From positions 100,585 through 164,584 of the forward strand of contig CAAFVD010000064.1 in NCBI GenBank assembly GCA_900766355.1: 64,000 bases of DNA, read 5' to 3'. The stretch comes from Candidatus Gastranaerophilales bacterium (GTDB lineage: Bacteria; Cyanobacteriota; Vampirovibrionia; Gastranaerophilales; Gastranaerophilaceae). The translations under genes and the position numbers were made by a program. This document shows, piece by piece, positions 49,626-58,682 of this stretch (within the stretch, counting starts at the first letter, position 1; the number at the start of each line of letters is the position of its first letter). The notes below the pieces were generated by a model, which had not been told where the DNA came from, ran no database searches, and saw only the letters and a list, made by a program, of their open reading frames with translations.

Positions 49626-49781
49626 TTACTTAACTGCAACCAGTTTTGTTTGAACTCCGACCTCGGCATTCATACGTCTGGCATTTGCAATTGCAGAGGC
49701 ACGTCTTTTTTTAGCTCCTCTGAGTATATATTCTACGCCACTGAAGGTATTACAAGTAGGTGTTTCAACTTTCTTTAACAT
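49626..49781 (-). CDS. Small basic protein (51 aa), unknown function
   Basis: MLKKVETPTCNTFSGVEYILRGAKKRRASAIANARRMNAEVGVQTKLVAVK. Good RBS (aaagga, 9 nt), followed by a terminator. Below the ORF-track cutoff. Confidence 0.35.
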   Translation of the reverse strand: MLKKVETPTCNTFSGVEYILRGAKKRRASAIANARRMNAEVGVQTKLVAVK

Positions 49782-50204
49782 ATACTATCCTTTCTTTTTG
49801 TCTGTGGTTTATATATCGACATTTTTTTGAAAATCTTTAGAGTTTTAAGGTAATATTTTACAAATTTTTACAATATTAAAAATTTTTAAGAAAATTATAT
49901 ATGTCTAAAATACAGTAATATTAAGGAATTTTGAAATTCGTTATATACTTTTGTTACAAATTTTATTTCAAAAGGGTTTACTTTTTATGAACATGTGTAA
50001 TAATACAAGTATAAGGATATACAGACTCGGGGACACGAAAGGATACATTACCCACAATCAATAGTCGTCAATTATTTTTATGATGCATAAAAGGAATGTT
50101 TGCATTCATAAAAAAGTATCACAATGAACCATTAAATTTATAGTTGCAGTTGATATGGATTATAACTGCAAGGCAAAACTGCTAAGTGACTCATTTGAGA
50201 TGTT

Positions 50205-50220
50205 TGGCACATTAGTTGTG
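50205..50220 (+). promoter_or_regulatory. Sigma-54-like -24/-12 element upstream of flagellin
   Basis: TGGCAC-attag-TTGTG versus the consensus TGGCAC-N5-TTGCW, ~52 nt before the ATG. Confidence 0.25.
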
Positions 50221-50271
50221 GTGCATGTATTGGATATGTTAGCCGACAGAATTTGAAAGGAGTATCAAATT

Positions 50272-51120
50272 ATGGCATTAACAATTAACACAAACATGGG
50301 CTCATTATTAGTTCAAAGAAACATGGCTTCAGCAACAAATAGTTTGAACAAATCTATTGAACGTATGACAACAGGTTACAAAATTAACTCAGCAAAAGAT
50401 GATGCTGCAGGTTATTTTGTATCAAAGAATATGCAAGTTCAATTAAGTTCAACATCAGTAGCTCAAGATAACTGTGATATTGGTACAAATTTATTGAGTA
50501 CAGTTGAAAATAACTATGATTTATTAACTACCCACTTACAACGTATCAGAGATTTGACCGAACAAGCTGCAAACGGAACTTATGGTCAAGAATCTATTGA
50601 TGCTATTAAATCAGAAATTCAAGCTCGATTAGCAGAAATGGATAGGGTTGCAAATAGTTGTGAATTCAACGGTATCAAGTTGATGGACGGTTCTGCTGGT
50701 GAAATAAATATTCAATGTGGTATTGATTCTACTGCAAATAGCCAAATTAAACTTTCTGCAGATTTATTTGCTGATTCTGTTGCAAGTACATTAATGGGTG
50801 TTAGTGCAAAAGACTTCTTAACTCAATTCACTGCTGGTGGTAACAAATATAATACTGCTCTTGATCAAGTAGATAAAGCGATTAAGACAATTTCAACAAG
50901 ACAAACTCAAATCGGTGCATATCAAAACAGAATTGAATCTGCAAGTGATGCTTTAAATGTAAGATTTGAACAAACTACATCTGCATTATCAACGATTAGA
51001 GATGCCGACGTTGCAGAAGAATCTTCAGCTTATATTAAAGCTCAAATCCTTCAACAAGCATCAGCCTCACTTTTAGCAACTGCAAACCAAACACCTTCAA
51101 TTGCTTTGAATTTGATATAG
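50272..51120 (+). CDS. Flagellin
   Basis: 282 aa. N-terminal D0/D1 MALTINTNMGSLLVQRNMASATNSLNKSIERMTTGYKINSAKDDAAG, and C-terminal ...QILQQASASLLATANQTPSIALNLI. RBS aaaggag. Confidence 0.9.
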   Translation: MALTINTNMGSLLVQRNMASATNSLNKSIERMTTGYKINSAKDDAAGYFVSKNMQVQLSSTSVAQDNCDIGTNLLSTVENNYDLLTTHLQRIRDLTEQAANGTYGQESIDAIKSEIQARLAEMDRVANSCEFNGIKLMDGSAGEINIQCGIDSTANSQIKLSADLFADSVASTLMGVSAKDFLTQFTAGGNKYNTALDQVDKAIKTISTRQTQIGAYQNRIESASDALNVRFEQTTSALSTIRDADVAEESSAYIKAQILQQASASLLATANQTPSIALNLI

Positions 51121-51202
51121 GTTCGACAAGTGACGTTTGAAACTCCACTTTAATTTTTTAATACGATACAAATAAGATACTTTCATATAGGAAATTATAT
51201 AG

Positions 51203-51233
51203 CCGAAAACTTTTTAGTTTTCGGTTTTTTTTT
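51203..51233. terminator. Bidirectional terminator between flagellin and calpain-like gene
   Basis: ccgaaaac-ttttta-gttttcgg followed by T9. Confidence 0.5.
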
Positions 51234-52233
51234 ATTTAAGTTTTGCATATGTTAAAGTGAATGGATATTCCATAAGTTCATCAATATTCATGAAAAATGG
51301 TTTGTTTGGTTTATAAGGGTCTTGTAGCCCTACTTGTTTGTTTTCTTTGTTATACGAATTTATAGAATAAGAATGTCTTGGGTATAATTTATTAATATCT
51401 TTTTCTTTTGAACTCATTTCGTAACTCTCTGTAGATATACCAATAAAGACATTATTTTTATTTGATGAATTTTTTAAAATTTGTTTTTGTTGTTTTTTAT
51501 TTCTATAAATAATTTTAGGTTTTATGTCTGGGAAAAATTGATGTAATGCTTCTGCTTGTGCACCTTTGTTCAAAGTTCGCATTAATGTGTCAATCCCTAG
51601 AACTCTTGATGAGTGTAAAGCGTCAATAGTAGGTCCTTTTGTTCTTTTCATAGCGACAGCTTCTTCTATAATTTGTAATCCATCAGCACCTTTTAGGTTT
51701 GCACCAGTTTTTGATTTTATAGGTTTACCATTTTTAAAGAATACACTCATTGATGGTAGTTTTACATACAAATCGTTATCAGCTTGTCCTAAAGTTCGTA
51801 ATATTCCAATTTTTCCTTTAGGCTTTCTAAGAAGTCCATTGATTGTTGATATTAACCAACAATCTCCTATTTGTTTGCTTTGTGAACATTGTTTAGGCTT
51901 TTGTGGAAAAATTACAGAGTAACATTTAGGAGTCATATTCAATCGCTCAAGTTTACCATCATTATTTATAAATAAGGTGTTTCCAACTCCAAAAGTGTCA
52001 CCATGTTTAATATGTAAATCAAGTTTTAAGTCTTTTTTTAAGAATTCATTTTGTTCGTCAGATACTAATTTTACAGTTTTATCTTTTTTTAATAAGGATA
52101 AAATTTTATGTTTTATGTTCTTTTTTGGTTTATTAACAAAATCAACCGTAAAATTGTCTGTTTGCGAAAACGAATACCGTACAAAATTTTTCCTGCTCTC
52201 GAATGGACGGTATACTCCTCCTTCGATTTTCAT
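51232..52233 (-). CDS. Calpain-like (peptidase C2-like) cysteine protease domain protein
   Basis: 333 aa. QIGDCWLISTINGL matches the calpain catalytic Cys motif QGxLGDCWLL, and a downstream RHSYSI matches calpain GHAYS. Confidence 0.45.
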   Translation of the reverse strand: MKIEGGVYRPFESRKNFVRYSFSQTDNFTVDFVNKPKKNIKHKILSLLKKDKTVKLVSDEQNEFLKKDLKLDLHIKHGDTFGVGNTLFINNDGKLERLNMTPKCYSVIFPQKPKQCSQSKQIGDCWLISTINGLLRKPKGKIGILRTLGQADNDLYVKLPSMSVFFKNGKPIKSKTGANLKGADGLQIIEEAVAMKRTKGPTIDALHSSRVLGIDTLMRTLNKGAQAEALHQFFPDIKPKIIYRNKKQQKQILKNSSNKNNVFIGISTESYEMSSKEKDINKLYPRHSYSINSYNKENKQVGLQDPYKPNKPFFMNIDELMEYPFTLTYAKLK

Positions 52234-52286
52234 AATAAAGCTACTCCTTGTAGTTTTATAATAGCAATAAAATTACAAAATTCAAT

Positions 52287-53282
52287 CTATTTGTTAAGGT
52301 TTCTAAACCCCTTCCCTGTTGAGATTGAGCGTCCAATAGCTTCTATTTTTGAACGAATACATATTGAACATTTATTAGGTGATTCCTCTGTGCATATTTT
52401 GTTAGGATAAATTATATACTGCTTTCTATATTCACCTTGAGTAATATTTGGCATGACAACATTTGCTCCAGATTGTAACGCTATAATTCTACCATTAGGG
52501 TTTATTGTCTCCATAGCAGTTGTTGCAGGGATATTGATATTTTTTAGTAATATTCTAGTTAGAGCCATTACTCTTAAAGATAATTCAAAATTTTTGTTCA
52601 AATCAACTTTACAATTCCCTAAAGGTGTGTCAGGGTGTGGAATAAAAGGACCAATGCCAATCATATCTGCATCTAGTTCTTTGAAGAACAATATATCATT
52701 AGCTAAAGATTCAATAGTTTGTTCTGGTAATCCGACAAGACAACCCGTACCTGTTTCAAATCCTAATTCCTTTATGTCATATAAACATTTTTTTCTGTTA
52801 GAAAAAGACATATTTGGGTGTAGTTTTTTGTATAAATTTTCATCAGTAGTTTCTATTCGTAACAGATATCTATCAGCTCCAGCGTTTTTCAAATCTTTGA
52901 GGTCAGAGTAGCTTTTTTCTCCAACACTTAATGTTACTGCAACGTCTAGTTTTTTTATTTCTTCCACGATTTTACATAATTTGTTTGTCGAAAAATAGCT
53001 ATCTTCTCCTGATTGTAAAACAATTGTTTTTAACCCTAATTTTGCACCATTTTTAGCAAAGTCAAGGATTTCTTTTTCTGATAAGCGATATCTTGTGACA
53101 TTGTGATTATCTTTTCTTAACCCACAATAGTAGCAAGTTTGTTTGCATATATTAGAAAATTCAATCAAACCTCTAAGATGGACTTCATCTCCAACATATT
53201 CTTTTCTTACAGAATCTGCATTTGTGAATAAATCCTTGTTGTTAGAATATAAAAGGTTAATAATTTCTTGTTTTGTTAGCAT
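52287..53282 (-). CDS. Radical SAM enzyme, biotin synthase/HydE/PylB-like subfamily
   Basis: 331 aa. ...LRGLIEFSNICKQTCYYCGLRKDN... (Cx3Cx2C). Confidence 0.65.
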   Translation of the reverse strand: MLTKQEIINLLYSNNKDLFTNADSVRKEYVGDEVHLRGLIEFSNICKQTCYYCGLRKDNHNVTRYRLSEKEILDFAKNGAKLGLKTIVLQSGEDSYFSTNKLCKIVEEIKKLDVAVTLSVGEKSYSDLKDLKNAGADRYLLRIETTDENLYKKLHPNMSFSNRKKCLYDIKELGFETGTGCLVGLPEQTIESLANDILFFKELDADMIGIGPFIPHPDTPLGNCKVDLNKNFELSLRVMALTRILLKNINIPATTAMETINPNGRIIALQSGANVVMPNITQGEYRKQYIIYPNKICTEESPNKCSICIRSKIEAIGRSISTGKGFRNLNK

Positions 53283-53331
53283 AAATAAATTCTACGATAA
53301 AAAAGGGGGATATCATATCCCCCATACAAAT

Positions 53332-53637
53332 CTATATTCTGATTAATAAGAATTTACTATCTTTTATAGCTAAAACTTTATGTTCTTTATCTTTTTTGAA
53401 CATAAGAATTTCACCTTTGTCAATTTTAAATTTTTCTGCATCAAAATGAATCTCAATTTCTCCGTCTAAAACATATACTGCAGCATCTGAAATAGAAGTA
53501 TGTGTATCAATTATTTCATTCTTTTTTATACCAATAATAGTCAGGCTACTATCACCATTTTGCATTAGTATTTCTCTGTCTAGATTTTCTTCTTTAAGGC
53601 TTACTAAATCTTTTAATTTTAAAACATTGTAGAACAT
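53332..53637 (-). CDS. Cupin domain protein
   Basis: 101 aa small beta-barrel with the HTSISDAAVYVLDGEIEIHF motif pattern. Confidence 0.55.
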   Translation of the reverse strand: MFYNVLKLKDLVSLKEENLDREILMQNGDSSLTIIGIKKNEIIDTHTSISDAAVYVLDGEIEIHFDAEKFKIDKGEILMFKKDKEHKVLAIKDSKFLLIRI

Positions 53638-53733
53638 AATATACTCCTTTCTTATAGAGAGAGTTTATCTTTGTTTAATAAATAGAACATCACCCGATAA
53701 GAGAATTATAGTTGTTTGTAATATAATAGTCTT

Positions 53734-54627
53734 ATGAGTAGATTGGGACGAGATATTGCGGGAGTTATAAACGGAATCGTTGCGAGTGTAAGTTATGGTA
53801 CAAATCCTTTATTTGCATTGCCTTTATATTCAATGGGCGTAAAGACTGATTCTGTACTCTTTTATAGGTATGCGTTCGCTGTAATTATTTATGGGGCTTG
53901 GTTGAAGTGTTTTAAGAAAATTTCACTCAATATTTCTATTAAAGAATTGTTTCCTATAATTGTTTTAGGGATATTATTTTCTTTATCATCACTTACTTTG
54001 TTTGAATCTTTTAGATATATAGATGTTGGAGTAGCTTGTACGATATTGTTTATTTATCCGATAATTGTTGCAATATTAATGGCGATATTTTTTAAAGAAA
54101 AACTTACAAAAACAGTTTTAAGTGCAATAGGGTTAACCTCAATAGGTATACTGCTCTTATATAATGGAAAACCCGATTCTAGTTTGAATCTTTATGGGGT
54201 GATGATTGTTCTTGTTTCTGCTTTGATGTATGCACTTTATATTGTTGGTGTTAATAATATAAAGGTTATAAAACGTGTAAATCGTGCTAAGATGAGTTTT
54301 TATGTAATACTTTCAGGCATGTTGGTTTATGTTTATAACTTAAAATTCTGTACAGAATTGCAAATTCTTGATAGACCGTTTGCTTGGTTATTGGTGGTAT
54401 GTTTGGCATTATTCCCAACAATAATATCAATTGAAACAATAAATATTGCAATAAAATTTATAGGTTCAACTAAGACTGCAATACTTGGTGCGTTAGAACC
54501 TTTAACTGCGATATTTTTTGGGGTTTTATTATTCCATGAACAATTGACTTTTAAAATAATATGTGGAGTGTTGTTAATATTGTTCGGAGTGCTTTTAATT
54601 ATTACACGTAAAACTCAAAGAGGATAA
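53734..54627 (+). CDS. EamA/DMT-family transporter
   Basis: 297 aa, 10 TM, with two EamA repeats. Confidence 0.75.
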   Translation: MSRLGRDIAGVINGIVASVSYGTNPLFALPLYSMGVKTDSVLFYRYAFAVIIYGAWLKCFKKISLNISIKELFPIIVLGILFSLSSLTLFESFRYIDVGVACTILFIYPIIVAILMAIFFKEKLTKTVLSAIGLTSIGILLLYNGKPDSSLNLYGVMIVLVSALMYALYIVGVNNIKVIKRVNRAKMSFYVILSGMLVYVYNLKFCTELQILDRPFAWLLVVCLALFPTIISIETINIAIKFIGSTKTAILGALEPLTAIFFGVLLFHEQLTFKIICGVLLILFGVLLIITRKTQRG

Positions 54628-54638
54628 ATAGTTTAATT

Positions 54639-55274
54639 ATGAAACAGATTATATGTTATGGAGATTCTAATACATTTGGTTATATTCCTGGTAGTGGAAA
54701 AAGGTATTCAAAAGATATTCGCTGGACAGGTGTTTTGTCTAATCTGTTAGGTGATGAATACAAAGTAATAGAAGAAGGGTGTAATAATAGAACTGGTTTT
54801 GTTAGAAACCCGTCAGGAAAACTTTTTAGCGGCAGTGAATATATTAATGAATGTTTTATTAGACACCCTGAGTTTGATATTTTTATTCTTTCTTTAGGTA
54901 CAAATGATACTCAAAAGTTCTATACTATTACTCCTCAGAGTATAAAAGAAGGTTTGAAAAACCTTGTCGGAAAAATAAAAAATCAAAATGAACAAGGAAA
55001 ATTAATAATAGTAGCACCACTTATTCTGAATACAGATGTGTTAAAAGGTGGCTTTTCTATTCTATTTGATGAAGAATCTATAGAGCGTACTCATTGGATT
55101 CAAAAAGTTTATAGCGATTTTTGTAGAGAGAATGGTATAATCTTTTTTGACATAAATAGTTATGTTGAACAATCTGCTATTGATGGGTTGCATTATTCGC
55201 CTGAAGCTCATCGAAAAATAGCTGATAATCTTAAGGATATAATTTTAAGTTGCTCTTTTGCAAACTCTGATTGA
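54639..55274 (+). CDS. SGNH/GDSL-family hydrolase
   Basis: 211 aa. The GDSNTFG block I has the Ser nucleophile, and DGLHYS is the catalytic D/H block V. Confidence 0.75.
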   Translation: MKQIICYGDSNTFGYIPGSGKRYSKDIRWTGVLSNLLGDEYKVIEEGCNNRTGFVRNPSGKLFSGSEYINECFIRHPEFDIFILSLGTNDTQKFYTITPQSIKEGLKNLVGKIKNQNEQGKLIIVAPLILNTDVLKGGFSILFDEESIERTHWIQKVYSDFCRENGIIFFDINSYVEQSAIDGLHYSPEAHRKIADNLKDIILSCSFANSD

Positions 55275-55285
55275 AATTTTTAGAA

Positions 55286-56338
55286 TTAATTATGTGGTTG
55301 TAATTCTTTATTTATGTAAGCTACTCTTGTTTTTAAGTCTTTTCCCGAATCTCTCATATTATTTAATGTTTTAATCATTAGTTTTGCATTCATTTCTAAA
55401 TTTTCATTCAAAACATTTTCTAATCTTGAATTCTTATCATCTAAAGGTAAATTATGTTTTTCTGAAGCGATAAGGCTTTTTCTAAAGATTTCTCTGCGCA
55501 TTGGTGTTAATGTTGAATCTCTATCTGTATAATGATAAGGATTAAACCTAAGCATTAAAGGTTCAAGCATCGTATATAAAGTATTTGGCTCTTTTTCGTA
55601 TGTTGTTTCTAATTTGTCAACAAGTTTAAATTTATTATCTGAAATAAGAATATTGTTAGGGTTTCGAACATCAGGAGTATAAAACTTAGTTTTCCCTTTT
55701 TCTAAAGAATTCATTCGTTGAAGGCTTTCTGCAAACTCATCAAAACTGCTTTGTGAAATTGACGAACATTTTGGTAAATAAACTTTTTTATATTTATCCT
55801 TTTCTAAAGTGGATACGGGTAAATCTCTAGCAAAAGAAGTACCGCAAACAACAAAATCCTTTGATGGGGTTGCATTTTTTAAAATCTCTATTTTTCCAGT
55901 TTTAACAATAGGTTCGCCATAATATATCGGAATGTTTTTTAAATTTTTATTTTTTACCGAAATTACATCAAAAAAACTTAAGGCTTTATTTGTTTTAACA
56001 TTATTTTTGATTTTTACAACATACTTATCGCTTATTTTATAAACTGCAGATTCTCGACCTTTATTTATAAAATTTTCTGAATTTATAATTTTGGGTAATG
56101 CAAGTTGTAATATTTTATGAAATTTTATTCTAGAAATTAGATTTTTAGTTCCCATTGTCATAAAACTATCAATTGTAGAATCCATATAATCAGAAAATAT
56201 TTTTTGAGCATTTTGAACTGTATCACGTTTTACTGTTGAAGGTGATATATGAACAATTTTTAAATTATTTGGTCTAGTTAATATTTCTTTATTAATTATT
56301 GGTTGAATACTCATTAGTTTACCCGAATATTCAAACAA
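55286..56338 (-). CDS. Hypothetical protein
   Basis: 350-aa ORF with no motif recognised. Confidence 0.3.
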   Translation of the reverse strand: MFEYSGKLMSIQPIINKEILTRPNNLKIVHISPSTVKRDTVQNAQKIFSDYMDSTIDSFMTMGTKNLISRIKFHKILQLALPKIINSENFINKGRESAVYKISDKYVVKIKNNVKTNKALSFFDVISVKNKNLKNIPIYYGEPIVKTGKIEILKNATPSKDFVVCGTSFARDLPVSTLEKDKYKKVYLPKCSSISQSSFDEFAESLQRMNSLEKGKTKFYTPDVRNPNNILISDNKFKLVDKLETTYEKEPNTLYTMLEPLMLRFNPYHYTDRDSTLTPMRREIFRKSLIASEKHNLPLDDKNSRLENVLNENLEMNAKLMIKTLNNMRDSGKDLKTRVAYINKELQPHN

Positions 56339-56481
56339 CGATGAAAATTATTTTTTGCTACTTAAAACTGTAAAGTTTACAATTTTACATAGTTACAATT
56401 ATTTCGCTAATTTTATAGTAATTTTTAGGTTTGTAATTGCACATTCTTGATAAATAATGTATGATTGTCTAGAGGTGATTT

Positions 56482-57618
56482 ATGAATAACAAGGTTGTCG
56501 TATTAGAAAACGATAAAGATTCTATAGAAGTTATAAAGTCTTATTTGTCAGAATTAGAAGATATTGATATTGATAAATGTTTTGATGAATATAGTGCTGG
56601 TTTAGAATATGTTTTAGAATCAAAACCCCAAGTTGTTTTGTTGGCTTTAGCTAACGATGTTGAAAGTTCAAAATCTATATTAGAAAGTCTAGCAAAAAAT
56701 AATATAAATGTAGTTGTAATATCTGCAAATTATACAACAAGTTTGGTTATTCAAATGTTAAGGTGTGGTGCTAAAGATTTTTTATCAAAACCTTTAATTA
56801 AGAAGGATTTTTTTGCAACTATTCAGAAATGTTGTAATAAAAATTCTAAAACTATAAATAGCTCCAATATTATATCAATTTTTTCAAATAAAGGTGGAAT
56901 TGGTAAAACTGCAATCGCTACGAACTTGGCTGTAGAATTTGCAAGACAAACTCGAGAAAAGGTCGTTTTGGTAGATTTAAATTTACCGCTAGGTGATGTT
57001 ACGACTTTTATTAATATTAAACCTTCAATAAACATAGCTTCTGCTATAGAAAATGCTGCTCATACTGGAGTTGATGCAATATTAAACGCGTGTAAACAAT
57101 ATAAAGATACAAGTTTGTACGTCTTGGCAGAACCTGTTTATATGGAAGAAAGCTATAGCATGACTCCAACTCATATTTTTAAACTGTTTGAATATTTACG
57201 AGAATCTTTCTCGTACATTATTGTTGATATTGGTACGAATATTGATAAAATGAATTTAAAGGTGTTGGAACTGTCTGATTTGATTCTTTTAGTATCTATT
57301 GTGAATCTTCCTTTGATTAGAAATTGTCAACGATGCTTGGATTTGTTTAGTAATTTGGGCTATGCTGAAAATAAAACAAAAATAATAATAAATAGATATC
57401 TAGAAAATGATGAAATAAAGATAGAAGACGTAGAAAAGGTCTTAAATCAAAAAATATATTGGAAGATTCCAAACAATTATTTTGCGATAATGTCATCAAT
57501 AAATAAAGCTTTGCCTGTGTGTGAATTGAATGAAAATTCAAATGTAACACTTAGTTTTAATGGTCTTGCTACTAAATTGATAGAAAATGTTATAGCAAGA
57601 GATATAGAGAAAAAGTAG
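56482..57618 (+). CDS. CpaE/TadZ-like protein: degenerate receiver-like N-domain + MinD/ParA-type ATPase
   Basis: 378 aa. The REC-like fold lacks the acceptor Asp. Deviant Walker A SNKGGIGKTAIATNLA is present. Confidence 0.55.
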   Translation: MNNKVVVLENDKDSIEVIKSYLSELEDIDIDKCFDEYSAGLEYVLESKPQVVLLALANDVESSKSILESLAKNNINVVVISANYTTSLVIQMLRCGAKDFLSKPLIKKDFFATIQKCCNKNSKTINSSNIISIFSNKGGIGKTAIATNLAVEFARQTREKVVLVDLNLPLGDVTTFINIKPSINIASAIENAAHTGVDAILNACKQYKDTSLYVLAEPVYMEESYSMTPTHIFKLFEYLRESFSYIIVDIGTNIDKMNLKVLELSDLILLVSIVNLPLIRNCQRCLDLFSNLGYAENKTKIIINRYLENDEIKIEDVEKVLNQKIYWKIPNNYFAIMSSINKALPVCELNENSNVTLSFNGLATKLIENVIARDIEKK

Positions 57619-57784
57619 AGTTATAACATAAATCAACAATAAAAAGCATGCTTTTATCTTTGTATAATTGTAAAATCTACAATTAATACAAAAATAAGGC
57701 GGGATATTATGGGAAAATAATAAATGTAGTATTTACACTTTATGGTAAAATCAAGTCATTGCTGAATTTTAACAAATGTTAAAT

Positions 57785-57863
57785 AAGTGTAAAAAAAACA
57801 CTTGACAAAAAATTATATATGTATAATAATATAAGTGTTAAATGAAGTGTAAATCAAACACTT
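57785..57863 (+). promoter_or_regulatory. Promoter (TTGACA/TATAAT-like) flanked by two perfect AAGTGT-N7-ACACTT palindromes
   Basis: AAGTGTaaaaaaaACACTT (57785-57803) overlaps the -35 TTGACA (57802-07). AAGTGTaaatcaaACACTT (57845-57863) lies downstream of the -10, and an extra AAGTGT half-site sits at 57832-37. Confidence 0.45.
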
Positions 57864-57891
57864 ATTTAATCCCAATACGGAGGGAACAAAA

Positions 57892-58164
57892 ATGAAAGTT
57901 ATGAAAATAAATAATATAAATCCAAATATAAAATTTAGAGAAAATTCTGCAAGTGCAGCTATGAGTAATAGAGAAGCTGGTCTAATGATTCAATCTCAAA
58001 ACGCAGCTGTTAACTTTGCAAGAGATAGATATATCGCTCAACAAGCTGGTTCAGTTGAGGCAGGTCCTTTAAAATCTTTAGGTTATAAGTTATATAGGAC
58101 TTTCGGATATTTAACCAACCATGAAACTCCAAAAAGCAACAATCAATTGAATGTTGTTGCATAA
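57892..58164 (+). CDS. Hypothetical small protein (90 aa)
   Basis: Has its own promoter, an RBS acggaggg, and the terminator at 58210-58240. Confidence 0.4.
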   Translation: MKVMKINNINPNIKFRENSASAAMSNREAGLMIQSQNAAVNFARDRYIAQQAGSVEAGPLKSLGYKLYRTFGYLTNHETPKSNNQLNVVA

Positions 58165-58209
58165 CACATAATAGATAAATATATTAATTAACAGAACACA
58201 TAAAACACC

Positions 58210-58240
58210 AAGTTACTTTTTATAAAGTAACTTTTTTTTA
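58210..58240 (+). terminator. Rho-independent terminator
   Basis: aagttactt-tttata-aagtaactt followed by T7. Confidence 0.55.
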
Positions 58241-58329
58241 TGTAAACAAATGTAAAGAATATTCGTAAAAGTCTAAAGTTAGAAAATAAAATGCCGTAAT
58301 ACCTAGTATAAGAAAAAGGAACTAGGGAA

Positions 58330-58668
58330 ATGGGATTAGAATTCGTGTATCAAACTAAATATGAATCAACTATTGATACTTTAGCATTGCGTGATAATGT
58401 TAAAAAGATTCTACAGAATGCTGCTATCAAAACAAATGCTGCATTTGATACTTATCAACCAAGTTCTGTAGCGACAGCATTAAATAACACAGATATTAAT
58501 ATTGAATTAAATAAAGAGTTGACTAGTACTTTCAACTTCTTGAAATCAGAAGCTGCATTAAAACTTCTCAATTTGACCAAAAGAAATGGTTTGGATTCTG
58601 AAGAAAACTATGCTGATATTTTAGATTTTCATATTGATGAATCTAAAAAGAATATCTTTGCAGCTTAA
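58330..58668 (+). CDS. Hypothetical protein
   Basis: 112-aa ORF with RBS aaggaa. No motif recognised. Confidence 0.35.
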   Translation: MGLEFVYQTKYESTIDTLALRDNVKKILQNAAIKTNAAFDTYQPSSVATALNNTDINIELNKELTSTFNFLKSEAALKLLNLTKRNGLDSEENYADILDFHIDESKKNIFAA

Positions 58669-58682
58669 AAACAAGTGACATT

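Noticed and set aside
50242-50249. GCCGACAG resembling sigma-28 -10 (GCCGATAA) upstream of flagellin
   Set aside because: No TAAA-type -35 at either the 11- or 15-nt spacing. It is kept only as a remark within the flagellin-promoter finding.
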